Source: Pyrinomonadaceae bacterium (GTDB lineage Bacteria > Acidobacteriota > Blastocatellia > Pyrinomonadales > Pyrinomonadaceae). From it: a stretch of 56,914 bases of DNA. The notes beneath the pieces were generated by a model. That model was not told the origin of the DNA. It worked only from the letters and a program-made list of their open reading frames with translations, and did not search any database. Of the stretch, positions 36,076 to 44,075 are shown one piece after another. Both the position numbers and the translations under genes were made by a program. The stretch's first letter is position 1. Every line of letters begins with the position of its first letter. The DNA lies in the NCBI GenBank assembly GCA_035536135.1, contig DATLOR010000012.1, positions 1 through 56,914 of the forward strand, written 5' to 3'.

Positions 36076-37515
36076 TCATTTGTTTTTTGCGGCTGTTTCA
36101 GCGTCAACCAGCATTTTGTCCAAAGTTTTTCTGTCTAACAATCTTCCGCCCGCGACGACCGAATTTATTTTGCGCGTGTTGGAAATGTCTTCGAGCGGAT
36201 TCGCGTCGAGCAAAATCAAATCCGCCAGTTTTCCTTTTTCAATCGTTCCCAAATCTTTCGCGCGGCGCATAAAAATTGCCGGATTGACGGTCGCGGTTTT
36301 TAAGGCTTCAAATGGTGAAAGTCCGGCGAGAACGAAGAGCGCAAGCTCATCGTGGAGAATCATTCCCGGCGTTCCGACCAAGTCGTAGCTTAACTGCGTT
36401 CCGGCAAGCAGCATTATTCCGGCGCGGTTTAAGTCAAAAATCTCCCGAAAATGTCTCATGCGGTTTTTGTCCGACATTCGATAATCCTGATTGCGAATTT
36501 GCCGTTCCCTTTCAATGATTTTCGCGTCGAGCTGCTCAATCTGCTTTTTCGTTTTAAAGCGGCGACGCGCTTCGTCCGTGAGTTCAAAATCTCCGATGAA
36601 AGTATCAGTTTGCGCGGCGTTAGTGGCGACAAAAGTTTTATTTCGCGCCATTGTTTTTATAGTTTCGTTATAATAAGGAGCGTCGGTTTCCATCGTGCCG
36701 AAGAATGCATAATTTTCGTCAGTCGTCATCGAATCAATTTTGCGGTCGCGGTAAAGCGCGTAGTATTCGTTGCGTTTGTTAGAAGTTTCCCGAAAAAATT
36801 CCGCAAAATGCTCGATGCAGTCCAGCCCGTCATTCGATGCGTCAATGATAAAGGAAGGCGGAACACCGACGACGCGCAAGTTTTGTTCGTGCGCGGCGGC
36901 GATGATTTCCTTTAAAGTTTCGGGCGGCGTGCGTTTTTCCGTTTTGATGAAATCCACGCCCGCGAGCGCGAGCGCGGCGACCGTTTTCCGCGCTTCTTCT
37001 TTTGTTTTCACAACAACAGAAATTCCCGTCCAGCGGTTGCTCTTGCGCGGCGGAAATTCGCCCTGCAAAACCGTTCCGGCATAAAACAGACGCGGCGCGA
37101 GCGTTCGTCCGGCGTTGATGTCGTCGCGCAGTTTCGCCGCTTCCTGCAAATCAAGAGACGTTCCGACATCGCGCACGCCGGTCACGCCGTTGGCGATCAA
37201 TAATTCAAAAAACGGGTAATCGTTTTTCTCGGCTTCGAGCACGAAAGTGTAATTATCCCAGAGTCCGGGAATCATAAATTTTCCTCTCGCGTCCACGACC
37301 TGCGCGTTTTTCGGAATCTTTAAATTCCTGCCGATCTTCACAATGCGGTTTCCTTTTACGAAAACCGAAACATTCGTCTTCGGTTGCGCGCTTTGCATAT
37401 CAATCAGCGTGACGCTGCGGAAAACAAGGAGACGATCCGGCGAAGTTTCACCGGCTTGCCCGAAGATCAATACCGGCAAGTAGAAAATCAACACCAGTGC
37501 AATCGTTTTTTTCAT
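36076..37515 (-). CDS. secreted amidohydrolase-superfamily protein
   Basis: ORF track, 479 aa. Signal peptide present. C-terminal GTIEKGKLADLILLDANPLEDISN is typical of the family. Confidence 0.82.
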   Translation of the reverse strand: MKKTIALVLIFYLPVLIFGQAGETSPDRLLVFRSVTLIDMQSAQPKTNVSVFVKGNRIVKIGRNLKIPKNAQVVDARGKFMIPGLWDNYTFVLEAEKNDYPFFELLIANGVTGVRDVGTSLDLQEAAKLRDDINAGRTLAPRLFYAGTVLQGEFPPRKSNRWTGISVVVKTKEEARKTVAALALAGVDFIKTEKRTPPETLKEIIAAAHEQNLRVVGVPPSFIIDASNDGLDCIEHFAEFFRETSNKRNEYYALYRDRKIDSMTTDENYAFFGTMETDAPYYNETIKTMARNKTFVATNAAQTDTFIGDFELTDEARRRFKTKKQIEQLDAKIIERERQIRNQDYRMSDKNRMRHFREIFDLNRAGIMLLAGTQLSYDLVGTPGMILHDELALFVLAGLSPFEALKTATVNPAIFMRRAKDLGTIEKGKLADLILLDANPLEDISNTRKINSVVAGGRLLDRKTLDKMLVDAETAAKNK

Positions 37516-37616
37516 TTCTTTAAATTGGCATCCAAACGTGTTGTCCCAATCGAAATATCCGCGCGGTAATCATCAAATGCCGCCCGCGAGTCGTCTGTTT
37601 TCATTAGCGTTTTCAT
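37512..37616 (-). pseudogene. relic of the dihydropyrimidinase 5' end, preserved as an intact 34-codon ORF
   Basis: Translation MKTLMKTDDSRAAFDDYRADISIGTTRLDANLKK* compares with the real MKTLIKNGRIVTAVDDYRADILIE. The identical core TCCGCGCGGTAATCATC occurs at 37558..37574 and 36001..36017. The TGA overlaps the ATG of 36076..37515 (ATGA). Confidence 0.8.
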
Positions 37617-37621
37617 AATTT

Positions 37622-39046
37622 TTATTTTATTTCTTCCAACTGAAAATCGGCTATTTTCCCGTCCTTTGTCAATTTCACCGTGCAGGAAAACGTACGCGTA
37701 ACGTCGTTTAGAAAATAACGATATACACGAAAATTGTCTTCAGCGCGGCGCTCGATCAATTCGTTTGTGTAAATGACCGCGACCGGAATGCTCAAAGAAG
37801 TCAGTTTTTCACCGATTTGTTTGGCGCGCGCCGGAAAAATTTCTGCCGCGGCTTCGGGCGTGAACAAATTCAAATCGGCGGCGCTCTTTGAAAACTGCAA
37901 TAAAACCCGCCTGACCAGCAAAGTCGTCTGCGGTTCCTTATCTTCGATCGGCGGCGCGGCGGGCGGCGCAAATTCGCGATAAAATAGCGCCGTTAGCCCG
38001 CGGGCGAGTTTAAATTCTTTCGTATCCCACGAATTGGCGAAAAAAATGATCGTCAGTTTGTCGTCGGGAAAACGACCAATAAACGACTTGAAGCCCTGCC
38101 ACGCGCCGCCGTGATAAATTAAACGGCGACCTTTGAATTCAACCGTATGCCAGCCAAAACCGTAAGCTTTTTCGCTGCCGTCGTTTAGTTTTACAGGCGT
38201 CCATATCTGCGCCAGAGTTGATTGTTTGAGCGGTTGATCCGTATAAAGCGCGGCATCCCATTTCGCCAAATCTAAAATTGTAAAATAAAGCGAGCCGTCG
38301 GCGGTCGTATTCGTCGAAGGCGAAACCCATTCCTGATTTTTCAGCACACCGTTTTCGAGCCGGTAACCAGCAGCACGATTCGGGATAATATCGGATTCCG
38401 AGATAATGCGCGCCGTCCGCATATCGAGCGGCTTAAAAATTCTTTCCTGCAAAAAATCGCCGTAAAACTTTCCGGTTACACGGCGCACGAGCGCGCCGAG
38501 CGTAAAGTATCCGGCATTGCTGTAATCCCACCGCGTGCCCGGCTCAAAGGCGAGCGGCGTTTTTTTGATAATGGCAAGATATTCGTCTTCCGAATAATCG
38601 CGCCGTAAATCGACTTCCGGCGGATAATCGCCCATTCCCGAAGTATGATTTAGAAGATTCCGCACGGTAATATTTTTCCACGCCTCGGGCGCGTCCGCAA
38701 AATATTTCGTGATTTTATCGTCAAGCGCCAACTTTCCTTCTTCGACCAGAATCATCACGGCAGCAGCGGTAAACTGCTTACCGATCGAGCCGGATTGAAA
38801 CACGGTCTCGGGTTTGACGGGCACGAGATGTTCGATGTTTGCCAGACCATAGCTTTTCAAAAACACGATTTTTCCGGCGCGCAAAACAGCGAGCGAAATG
38901 CCCGGTATTTTTTGCATCTGCATCTCGGCTTTAACATAGCGGTCAATTCCGGCTGAGATATTCTGCTGCGCAGCACACGGCAAAACAAACAGCCAAATAA
39001 TGCCGGAGAAAACTGTCAGCCAGTACCGAAATGTTTTAGCTCTCAT
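37622..39046 (-). CDS. secreted serine hydrolase (class-C beta-lactamase / DD-peptidase family)
   Basis: ORF track, 474 aa. Motifs: SxxK in SGSIGKQF, YxN in YSNAGY, and HGG in the KTG position. Confidence 0.85.
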   Translation of the reverse strand: MRAKTFRYWLTVFSGIIWLFVLPCAAQQNISAGIDRYVKAEMQMQKIPGISLAVLRAGKIVFLKSYGLANIEHLVPVKPETVFQSGSIGKQFTAAAVMILVEEGKLALDDKITKYFADAPEAWKNITVRNLLNHTSGMGDYPPEVDLRRDYSEDEYLAIIKKTPLAFEPGTRWDYSNAGYFTLGALVRRVTGKFYGDFLQERIFKPLDMRTARIISESDIIPNRAAGYRLENGVLKNQEWVSPSTNTTADGSLYFTILDLAKWDAALYTDQPLKQSTLAQIWTPVKLNDGSEKAYGFGWHTVEFKGRRLIYHGGAWQGFKSFIGRFPDDKLTIIFFANSWDTKEFKLARGLTALFYREFAPPAAPPIEDKEPQTTLLVRRVLLQFSKSAADLNLFTPEAAAEIFPARAKQIGEKLTSLSIPVAVIYTNELIERRAEDNFRVYRYFLNDVTRTFSCTVKLTKDGKIADFQLEEIK

Positions 39047-39166
39047 AACTATTGACTAAATAAAATTTACTCGTGATGTTATTGCTAAACGATTCCCCCA
39101 ATTTTGATAAATCCGGTCATAAGATTTAAAGCTGTTTTTTGCAAAGTTTCCAGGTAATCAAACAAT

Positions 39167-41716
39167 TTATTTTAAAAGCTCTTCGATTCGAACCGGTTCG
39201 TAATTTTTCGCTTTCAAAAAATCAATCAATTCGTTCAAGCGGTTGTAAAATTTATCGGTGCGTTCGGGCGCGGTGCCGATGTGCAGAAGCAAGATAAAAC
39301 CGTTAAGCCCGTTCGCGTCTTTTGCTTCATAATCCTTGAGCCGTTTGAAAATCGCGTCGCTCGGCGCGTAGTTCTTCATCTCGGGCGTGGTGTAATCGGC
39401 ATTCGACCCGGTGCCGGACGTAAAATTTACAAGCTGTAAATTCATCGCATTCGTCCAATTGCTGATGTCCTGATTAAACCATTCAAACGGCGGCAGAAAA
39501 AACGGCGCGTTACGCTTCGCGATTCCGAATTCTCGCATCACAGCATAGTTTTTATTCAGATCTTTTTCAAATTCCGTGCGGCTGACGAGCAATTTATTGC
39601 GGTCGTTCCAATCATTATAAAGCAGATGCTTATCGGAATGCGCGCCTAAGAAGTGACCGTCGCGCTTTAAGCGCAAGATCGCGGATCTGAACGCACGGTT
39701 GCGGTAAAAACGTCCCGTGAAAAAGAACGAAGCCTTAACTTTTTGTTTTTTCAGCACGTCGGCGATAGTTTCAGCGCCGTCGGCAAATTCGTCGCCCGTA
39801 AAAACCAGCGCCAGTTTCTTCTGCGATATGTCGCCGCGAACGATCGCGCCCTGGTCGTATTTGAAACGCGGATTTGTTTTTGCCGCCCGAGGATTCGGAC
39901 GGCTCAGGCTCGCCATCATCAAAATCGCGTCCGCCGTTCCGTCCATCGTCGGTTCGTTGGTCGAATAATCGCCGACATCGTCGTGATAGACGATTCCCTT
40001 CGGCTGAAACTCGGCAAATTCGTCCGCTTCGTTCAGGCGCAGACCGCGCAAATTATTGTATGTCTGCGCGAGAATCGGACCGTCAACCAGACCGCCCGTA
40101 ACTTGTTTTTTGAGCAATTGAACGATCGGCAGATGCGTGTCTTCGGGAAATTCACCGTCCGCCGGGATGCCTTCAAACATCGTCGTGCCCCACGGGTTGC
40201 GCCCGAAAAGCCAGTCGCGGTGCGCAAGCGCGGATTCGTGAAACTGCCGATCACCGGTCATTCGCTCGTAAAGAAAAACCTGCGTGATATACGCCACCAC
40301 GAGATTATTCGAGCACCACAAAAACGGCACGCCGACGCCGTAGGAATTTGTTTTTCCGCGCTTGATGATGTTCTCGATATTTTCGCGGTAATAAGCGGCA
40401 AGGTCTTTTTTCGTTTTGGCATCCGCGAGCGGGTAAAGCGCGAAATGCCCGACGTTCGTGAAGGGATAAAACTCGTAATGCTCCGCCGTCTCATGCTGCA
40501 TCCACGAAGCTGCGCCCGCGATGCGCGCATATCTTTTCGCGTCCGCCAGATAATCCGTCTGGCGCGTCGCTTTGAATAATTCAGCCGCCGCCCATTCCAT
40601 ATCGTCCGCCCAGGTGTCCTCGTTGTAACGGTACGGCGCGCCGTATGAATTTCCCTGCTGAAAGCCTTCCTTTTGCTTGCCCATCGCGTAAAGCTCGGTT
40701 GCCGCCTTTAAATACTGTTCGGCTTGCAGTGGATTTTTCAGATCATTTCTCCAGATGCGCGAAGCCGCGGCAAGCGCCGCCGCCGAACGTCCCGCGATGT
40801 TCGCGATCCCCGTCGATTTGCTTTTGAATTCGCGCAAGCCCTGCGGCTTTCCGTCGGCGAAATAGACGGGACGATAGCTGTTTGCGCCCCAGCCGTAATC
40901 GGCGTTGTCCTCGTCGGGCAATTTAAAACCTTTGTGGTCGCGGTCGTCCGCCACCTGATGAAACAGCCAGCCGGCGCGCGGGTGAAGTTTGAGAATCCAA
41001 TCCAAGCCCCATTTCGCTTCGTCCAGAACATCCGCGATGCCGTTCGCCTGCGGGCGACCGTAATCGTCCACGCGGTCGGCAAACTTGTTTTTCTCTAATT
41101 CAAAAGCAAGCAGCATCCGCGCGGTCGCGTTGCTTGCCGTGATCAGATATTTCAATTGATCGCCCGCATCGTGCCAGCCGCCGCTTGCGTCAATAAAAGT
41201 TTTATCGGCGACGGGTGCGTAAAACGAGCGCCCGTCGCGCTGGTGGCAAACCATATCCAGAACGGGATTATAGCCGCAGCGCTGGGCACGCATAAAAAAC
41301 AACAGATCTTCCTGAAAGGCGGGATATTCGCCGATCGAAAACTGACGCGAAACGATTTGTGATTTTTCTAACTGAACATAAAATCTGCCCGTCTGCCGAA
41401 CGGCGGAAAAATCCAGCTCGTAATAGAACGGAAAATCCGCGCCCCAATTATCCGCTTTTGCTTCGCGCAAAGGCGCACGAAAAATCACCTTTCCGCTTGC
41501 CGCGTCAATTAATAAAAAATCGCCTTCGAGCGCACTTTTTGAAAAAGCGATCGCCTTTTTCGCATCCGTTTCGAGATAACCGATCTGATTGACGCGAATC
41601 TGCACATCGAGCGCGAAAACGGTTGCGGAAAAAATAAACAAAACGAATGTTAAGCCAAGCAAAATGCTTCGGCGTTTGTTTTGTTTATAAATTGAGGATT
41701 GTTGGTTTTCCGACAT
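39167..41716 (-). CDS. glycoside hydrolase family 9 fused to a polysaccharide-deacetylase-like C-domain
   Basis: ORF track lists 39167..41776. The start MSENQQ... lies at 41716 and is followed by a TM/signal segment. GH9 motifs: GGWHDAGDQLKY and YSTNEPTMDGTA. The C-terminal LVFTGDEFADG...GAHSDKH is deacetylase-like. Confidence 0.82.
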   Translation of the reverse strand: MSENQQSSIYKQNKRRSILLGLTFVLFIFSATVFALDVQIRVNQIGYLETDAKKAIAFSKSALEGDFLLIDAASGKVIFRAPLREAKADNWGADFPFYYELDFSAVRQTGRFYVQLEKSQIVSRQFSIGEYPAFQEDLLFFMRAQRCGYNPVLDMVCHQRDGRSFYAPVADKTFIDASGGWHDAGDQLKYLITASNATARMLLAFELEKNKFADRVDDYGRPQANGIADVLDEAKWGLDWILKLHPRAGWLFHQVADDRDHKGFKLPDEDNADYGWGANSYRPVYFADGKPQGLREFKSKSTGIANIAGRSAAALAAASRIWRNDLKNPLQAEQYLKAATELYAMGKQKEGFQQGNSYGAPYRYNEDTWADDMEWAAAELFKATRQTDYLADAKRYARIAGAASWMQHETAEHYEFYPFTNVGHFALYPLADAKTKKDLAAYYRENIENIIKRGKTNSYGVGVPFLWCSNNLVVAYITQVFLYERMTGDRQFHESALAHRDWLFGRNPWGTTMFEGIPADGEFPEDTHLPIVQLLKKQVTGGLVDGPILAQTYNNLRGLRLNEADEFAEFQPKGIVYHDDVGDYSTNEPTMDGTADAILMMASLSRPNPRAAKTNPRFKYDQGAIVRGDISQKKLALVFTGDEFADGAETIADVLKKQKVKASFFFTGRFYRNRAFRSAILRLKRDGHFLGAHSDKHLLYNDWNDRNKLLVSRTEFEKDLNKNYAVMREFGIAKRNAPFFLPPFEWFNQDISNWTNAMNLQLVNFTSGTGSNADYTTPEMKNYAPSDAIFKRLKDYEAKDANGLNGFILLLHIGTAPERTDKFYNRLNELIDFLKAKNYEPVRIEELLK

Positions 41717-41928
41717 ATTGATTTTACGGCGCGATGAGCAGTTCAATCGAAGGCGAATAACTGCCGACCATTTCATTACCGATTAAATATCGCCCGCTCA
41801 AGTAGACTTGTTCGGGCTTGCCGTCCGTCAGAGGAATTTTGACGATTACCGGAGAATGAAAGTATCTGCCTAGATCATTTGCTTAAATAGAACAGCCGAA
41901 AATTCCGCACCCGCGGACGAAATTACGT

Positions 41929-42732
41929 CTAAGGCGTTCGCGGCGACGACGGAGTTGCCCGTTCGGTCGTCCACGGCGCGAGAATATCGATCTCCTCGAC
42001 CGTTTCCGTTTCCCACCATTCGACGTGCCATGTGTTCGCCGGGATGACGCAGGTAGAACCCGCCTCGAAAACCTGAACTTTGGTGTTGTTAAGGTCGCCC
42101 ATCAGAATGAATTTGCGTCCGCTGACAACTTTGATCCGCATTTCGGAGGAATGACGATGCGCCGCAATGCTCGCTCCGGGCTGCGCCGTTAGGGTATATT
42201 TAACGGGTCCGCCGCTGCGGTCGCCCGAAATCGGCTGAATCGTATAACCGAGCGGCGAGATGGATTCGTCCTCGATCCGAATCCGCCATTTGCCCGCCTG
42301 TTTGACGAGCAGAGCCGTGTAGGAAAGAGTCGCTTTGTCGCCCGCCGCCCCCTGCCATTCAAAAAGCCCCGCGACCGCCGCCGCGTCCTGAGACACGACT
42401 TCGATCGAAAGGTCTTTCCACGCAAAAGATTTCGGCGGCGTCCATCTGGTCAGATAACGATTTTTATTATCTTCAAATGAAACGAGAGTCTTATTTCCGT
42501 TGCCGAGCCGAAAATAACCGCGTCCGTCGTAGCGTTCGGCGATCGCTTCGCGCCGTCCCGCACGCAGATCCTCGGCATACGAATCGTAAAACTCCCGGAT
42601 TTCGCGCTCCGTTTTCGCCGCCGCCTTATTCGGCTTTTCAGGTTTCGGTGTTTTCGACGGAGTCTCCTGCCCATGAACCGCCACTTGAATGAAAGCGACA
42701 AGAATAAATACCGGCACAAATTTCTTTTTCAT
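41929..42732 (-). CDS. secreted DUF4440/SnoaL-like plus cupin two-domain protein
   Basis: ORF track, 267 aa. Signal peptide present. Cupin motif: AAHRHSSEMRIKVVSG...IPANTWH. Confidence 0.72.
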   Translation of the reverse strand: MKKKFVPVFILVAFIQVAVHGQETPSKTPKPEKPNKAAAKTEREIREFYDSYAEDLRAGRREAIAERYDGRGYFRLGNGNKTLVSFEDNKNRYLTRWTPPKSFAWKDLSIEVVSQDAAAVAGLFEWQGAAGDKATLSYTALLVKQAGKWRIRIEDESISPLGYTIQPISGDRSGGPVKYTLTAQPGASIAAHRHSSEMRIKVVSGRKFILMGDLNNTKVQVFEAGSTCVIPANTWHVEWWETETVEEIDILAPWTTERATPSSPRTP

Positions 42733-42766
42733 AAATTTTTATCTTTCTACCGATAAATTCGTCGCT

Positions 42767-44071
42767 CTAACAAAGGGCAAAACCTTGATCGAGCGCGGCA
42801 ACCAGCTCGTCAACATTGTCTTTCGTCGAATTGAGCATCATTCCCGTGCGGATGACATTGCCGTAAAGACCGCCTTTGCCGATCAGCACGCCACGGCGTT
42901 TGGTTTCTTCAAAAACGCGCAGGACGGCTTCGGGCGCGGGTTCTTTCGTTGTCCGGTCTTTGACGAGTTCGATGCCCTGCATCAAGCCCATTCCGCGCAC
43001 GTCGCCGATCACCGGGTATTTTTCTTTGAGTTCTTCCAATCTTTCGCGCAAATAATCGCCGACCGTTTTGCAGTTTGCGCGCAGATCGTCGTCTTCGATC
43101 ATCTTGATGACTGCCAGAGCGGCGGCGGTCGAGACGGGATTTCCGCCGAACGTCGCAAACGTTAAGCCGGGGAATTTGTCGGCGACTTCCGAAGTCGCGA
43201 TCGTCCAGCCGATCGGCACGCCGTTCGCCATTCCCTTAGCCGAAGTCATAATGTCGGGCGTGACGTTCCACTGCTCGATGCCGAACCACTTGTCGCCCGT
43301 TCTGCCCCAACCCGTCTGCACCTCGTCCGAAATGCAAAGTCCGCCGTGATTTCGCGCGATCTCGTAAGCGATCTGAAAATATTCGGGCGGCGGCACGATA
43401 AATCCGCCGACTCCTAAGATCGGTTCCGCCATAAACGCCGCGATTTCGCCCGTCGTCGTCGTCTGAATTATTTCTTCGATGTCCTGCGCGCAAGCCACGC
43501 CGCAGCTCGGGTATTCCAACTTGAATGGACAGCGGTAGCAATACGGCGCGGCGGCATGGACAACGCCCGCGACCTGCGAAGCGATCGGTTTCCACGTCGA
43601 ATGTCCGACCGATGAAAGCGCCGTCGCACTTCTGCCCGAATAACTGTGACGCAGGACAACGATTTCGTGTCTGCCCGTCGCGAGTTTCGCCGCTAAAATC
43701 GCCGTGTCGTCGGCTTCCGTCCCGCTCGATGTGAAAAACGATTTCTTCAGATCGCCGGGCGTGATCTCGGCGAGCTTTTCCGCCAGATTCGACTGATTCT
43801 CGTTGGCATAAAGCGCTGAAGTATGCTGAATTTTGTTGGTCTGCGCGATGATTGCTTCGTTAATGCGCGGATTCGCGTGTCCGACGCTGACGGTCAAAAC
43901 GCCGCCGAAACAATCGAGATAACGATTCCCCGCATCGTCCCAAACGTATTCGCCCTCGCCTTTGACCAAAGCGACCGGCTCCTGATAATAAGTGGCGACC
44001 GCCGGAAAAAGAAATTCCTTGTGCTTGCGCACCGCTTCCGAAACTGTAGTTTTTTGTTCTGTTGGATTCAT
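42767..44071 (-). CDS. class-III PLP aminotransferase (beta-alanine/omega-amino acid:pyruvate type)
   Basis: ORF track lists 42767..44212. The start MNPTEQKTTVSEAV lies at 44071. Motifs: SGTEADD, DEVQTGWGRTG, and PLP-Lys in MTSAKGMANG. Confidence 0.88.
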   Translation of the reverse strand: MNPTEQKTTVSEAVRKHKEFLFPAVATYYQEPVALVKGEGEYVWDDAGNRYLDCFGGVLTVSVGHANPRINEAIIAQTNKIQHTSALYANENQSNLAEKLAEITPGDLKKSFFTSSGTEADDTAILAAKLATGRHEIVVLRHSYSGRSATALSSVGHSTWKPIASQVAGVVHAAAPYCYRCPFKLEYPSCGVACAQDIEEIIQTTTTGEIAAFMAEPILGVGGFIVPPPEYFQIAYEIARNHGGLCISDEVQTGWGRTGDKWFGIEQWNVTPDIMTSAKGMANGVPIGWTIATSEVADKFPGLTFATFGGNPVSTAAALAVIKMIEDDDLRANCKTVGDYLRERLEELKEKYPVIGDVRGMGLMQGIELVKDRTTKEPAPEAVLRVFEETKRRGVLIGKGGLYGNVIRTGMMLNSTKDNVDELVAALDQGFALC

Positions 44072-44075
44072 AATT

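Noticed and set aside
39743-40579. 278-aa plus-strand ORF antisense to the GH9 gene; likewise 47228..48058 antisense to the esterase gene and 19334..20173 antisense to preT
   Set aside because: Shadow ORFs with Arg/Phe-rich composition. The opposite strand carries diagnostic family motifs.
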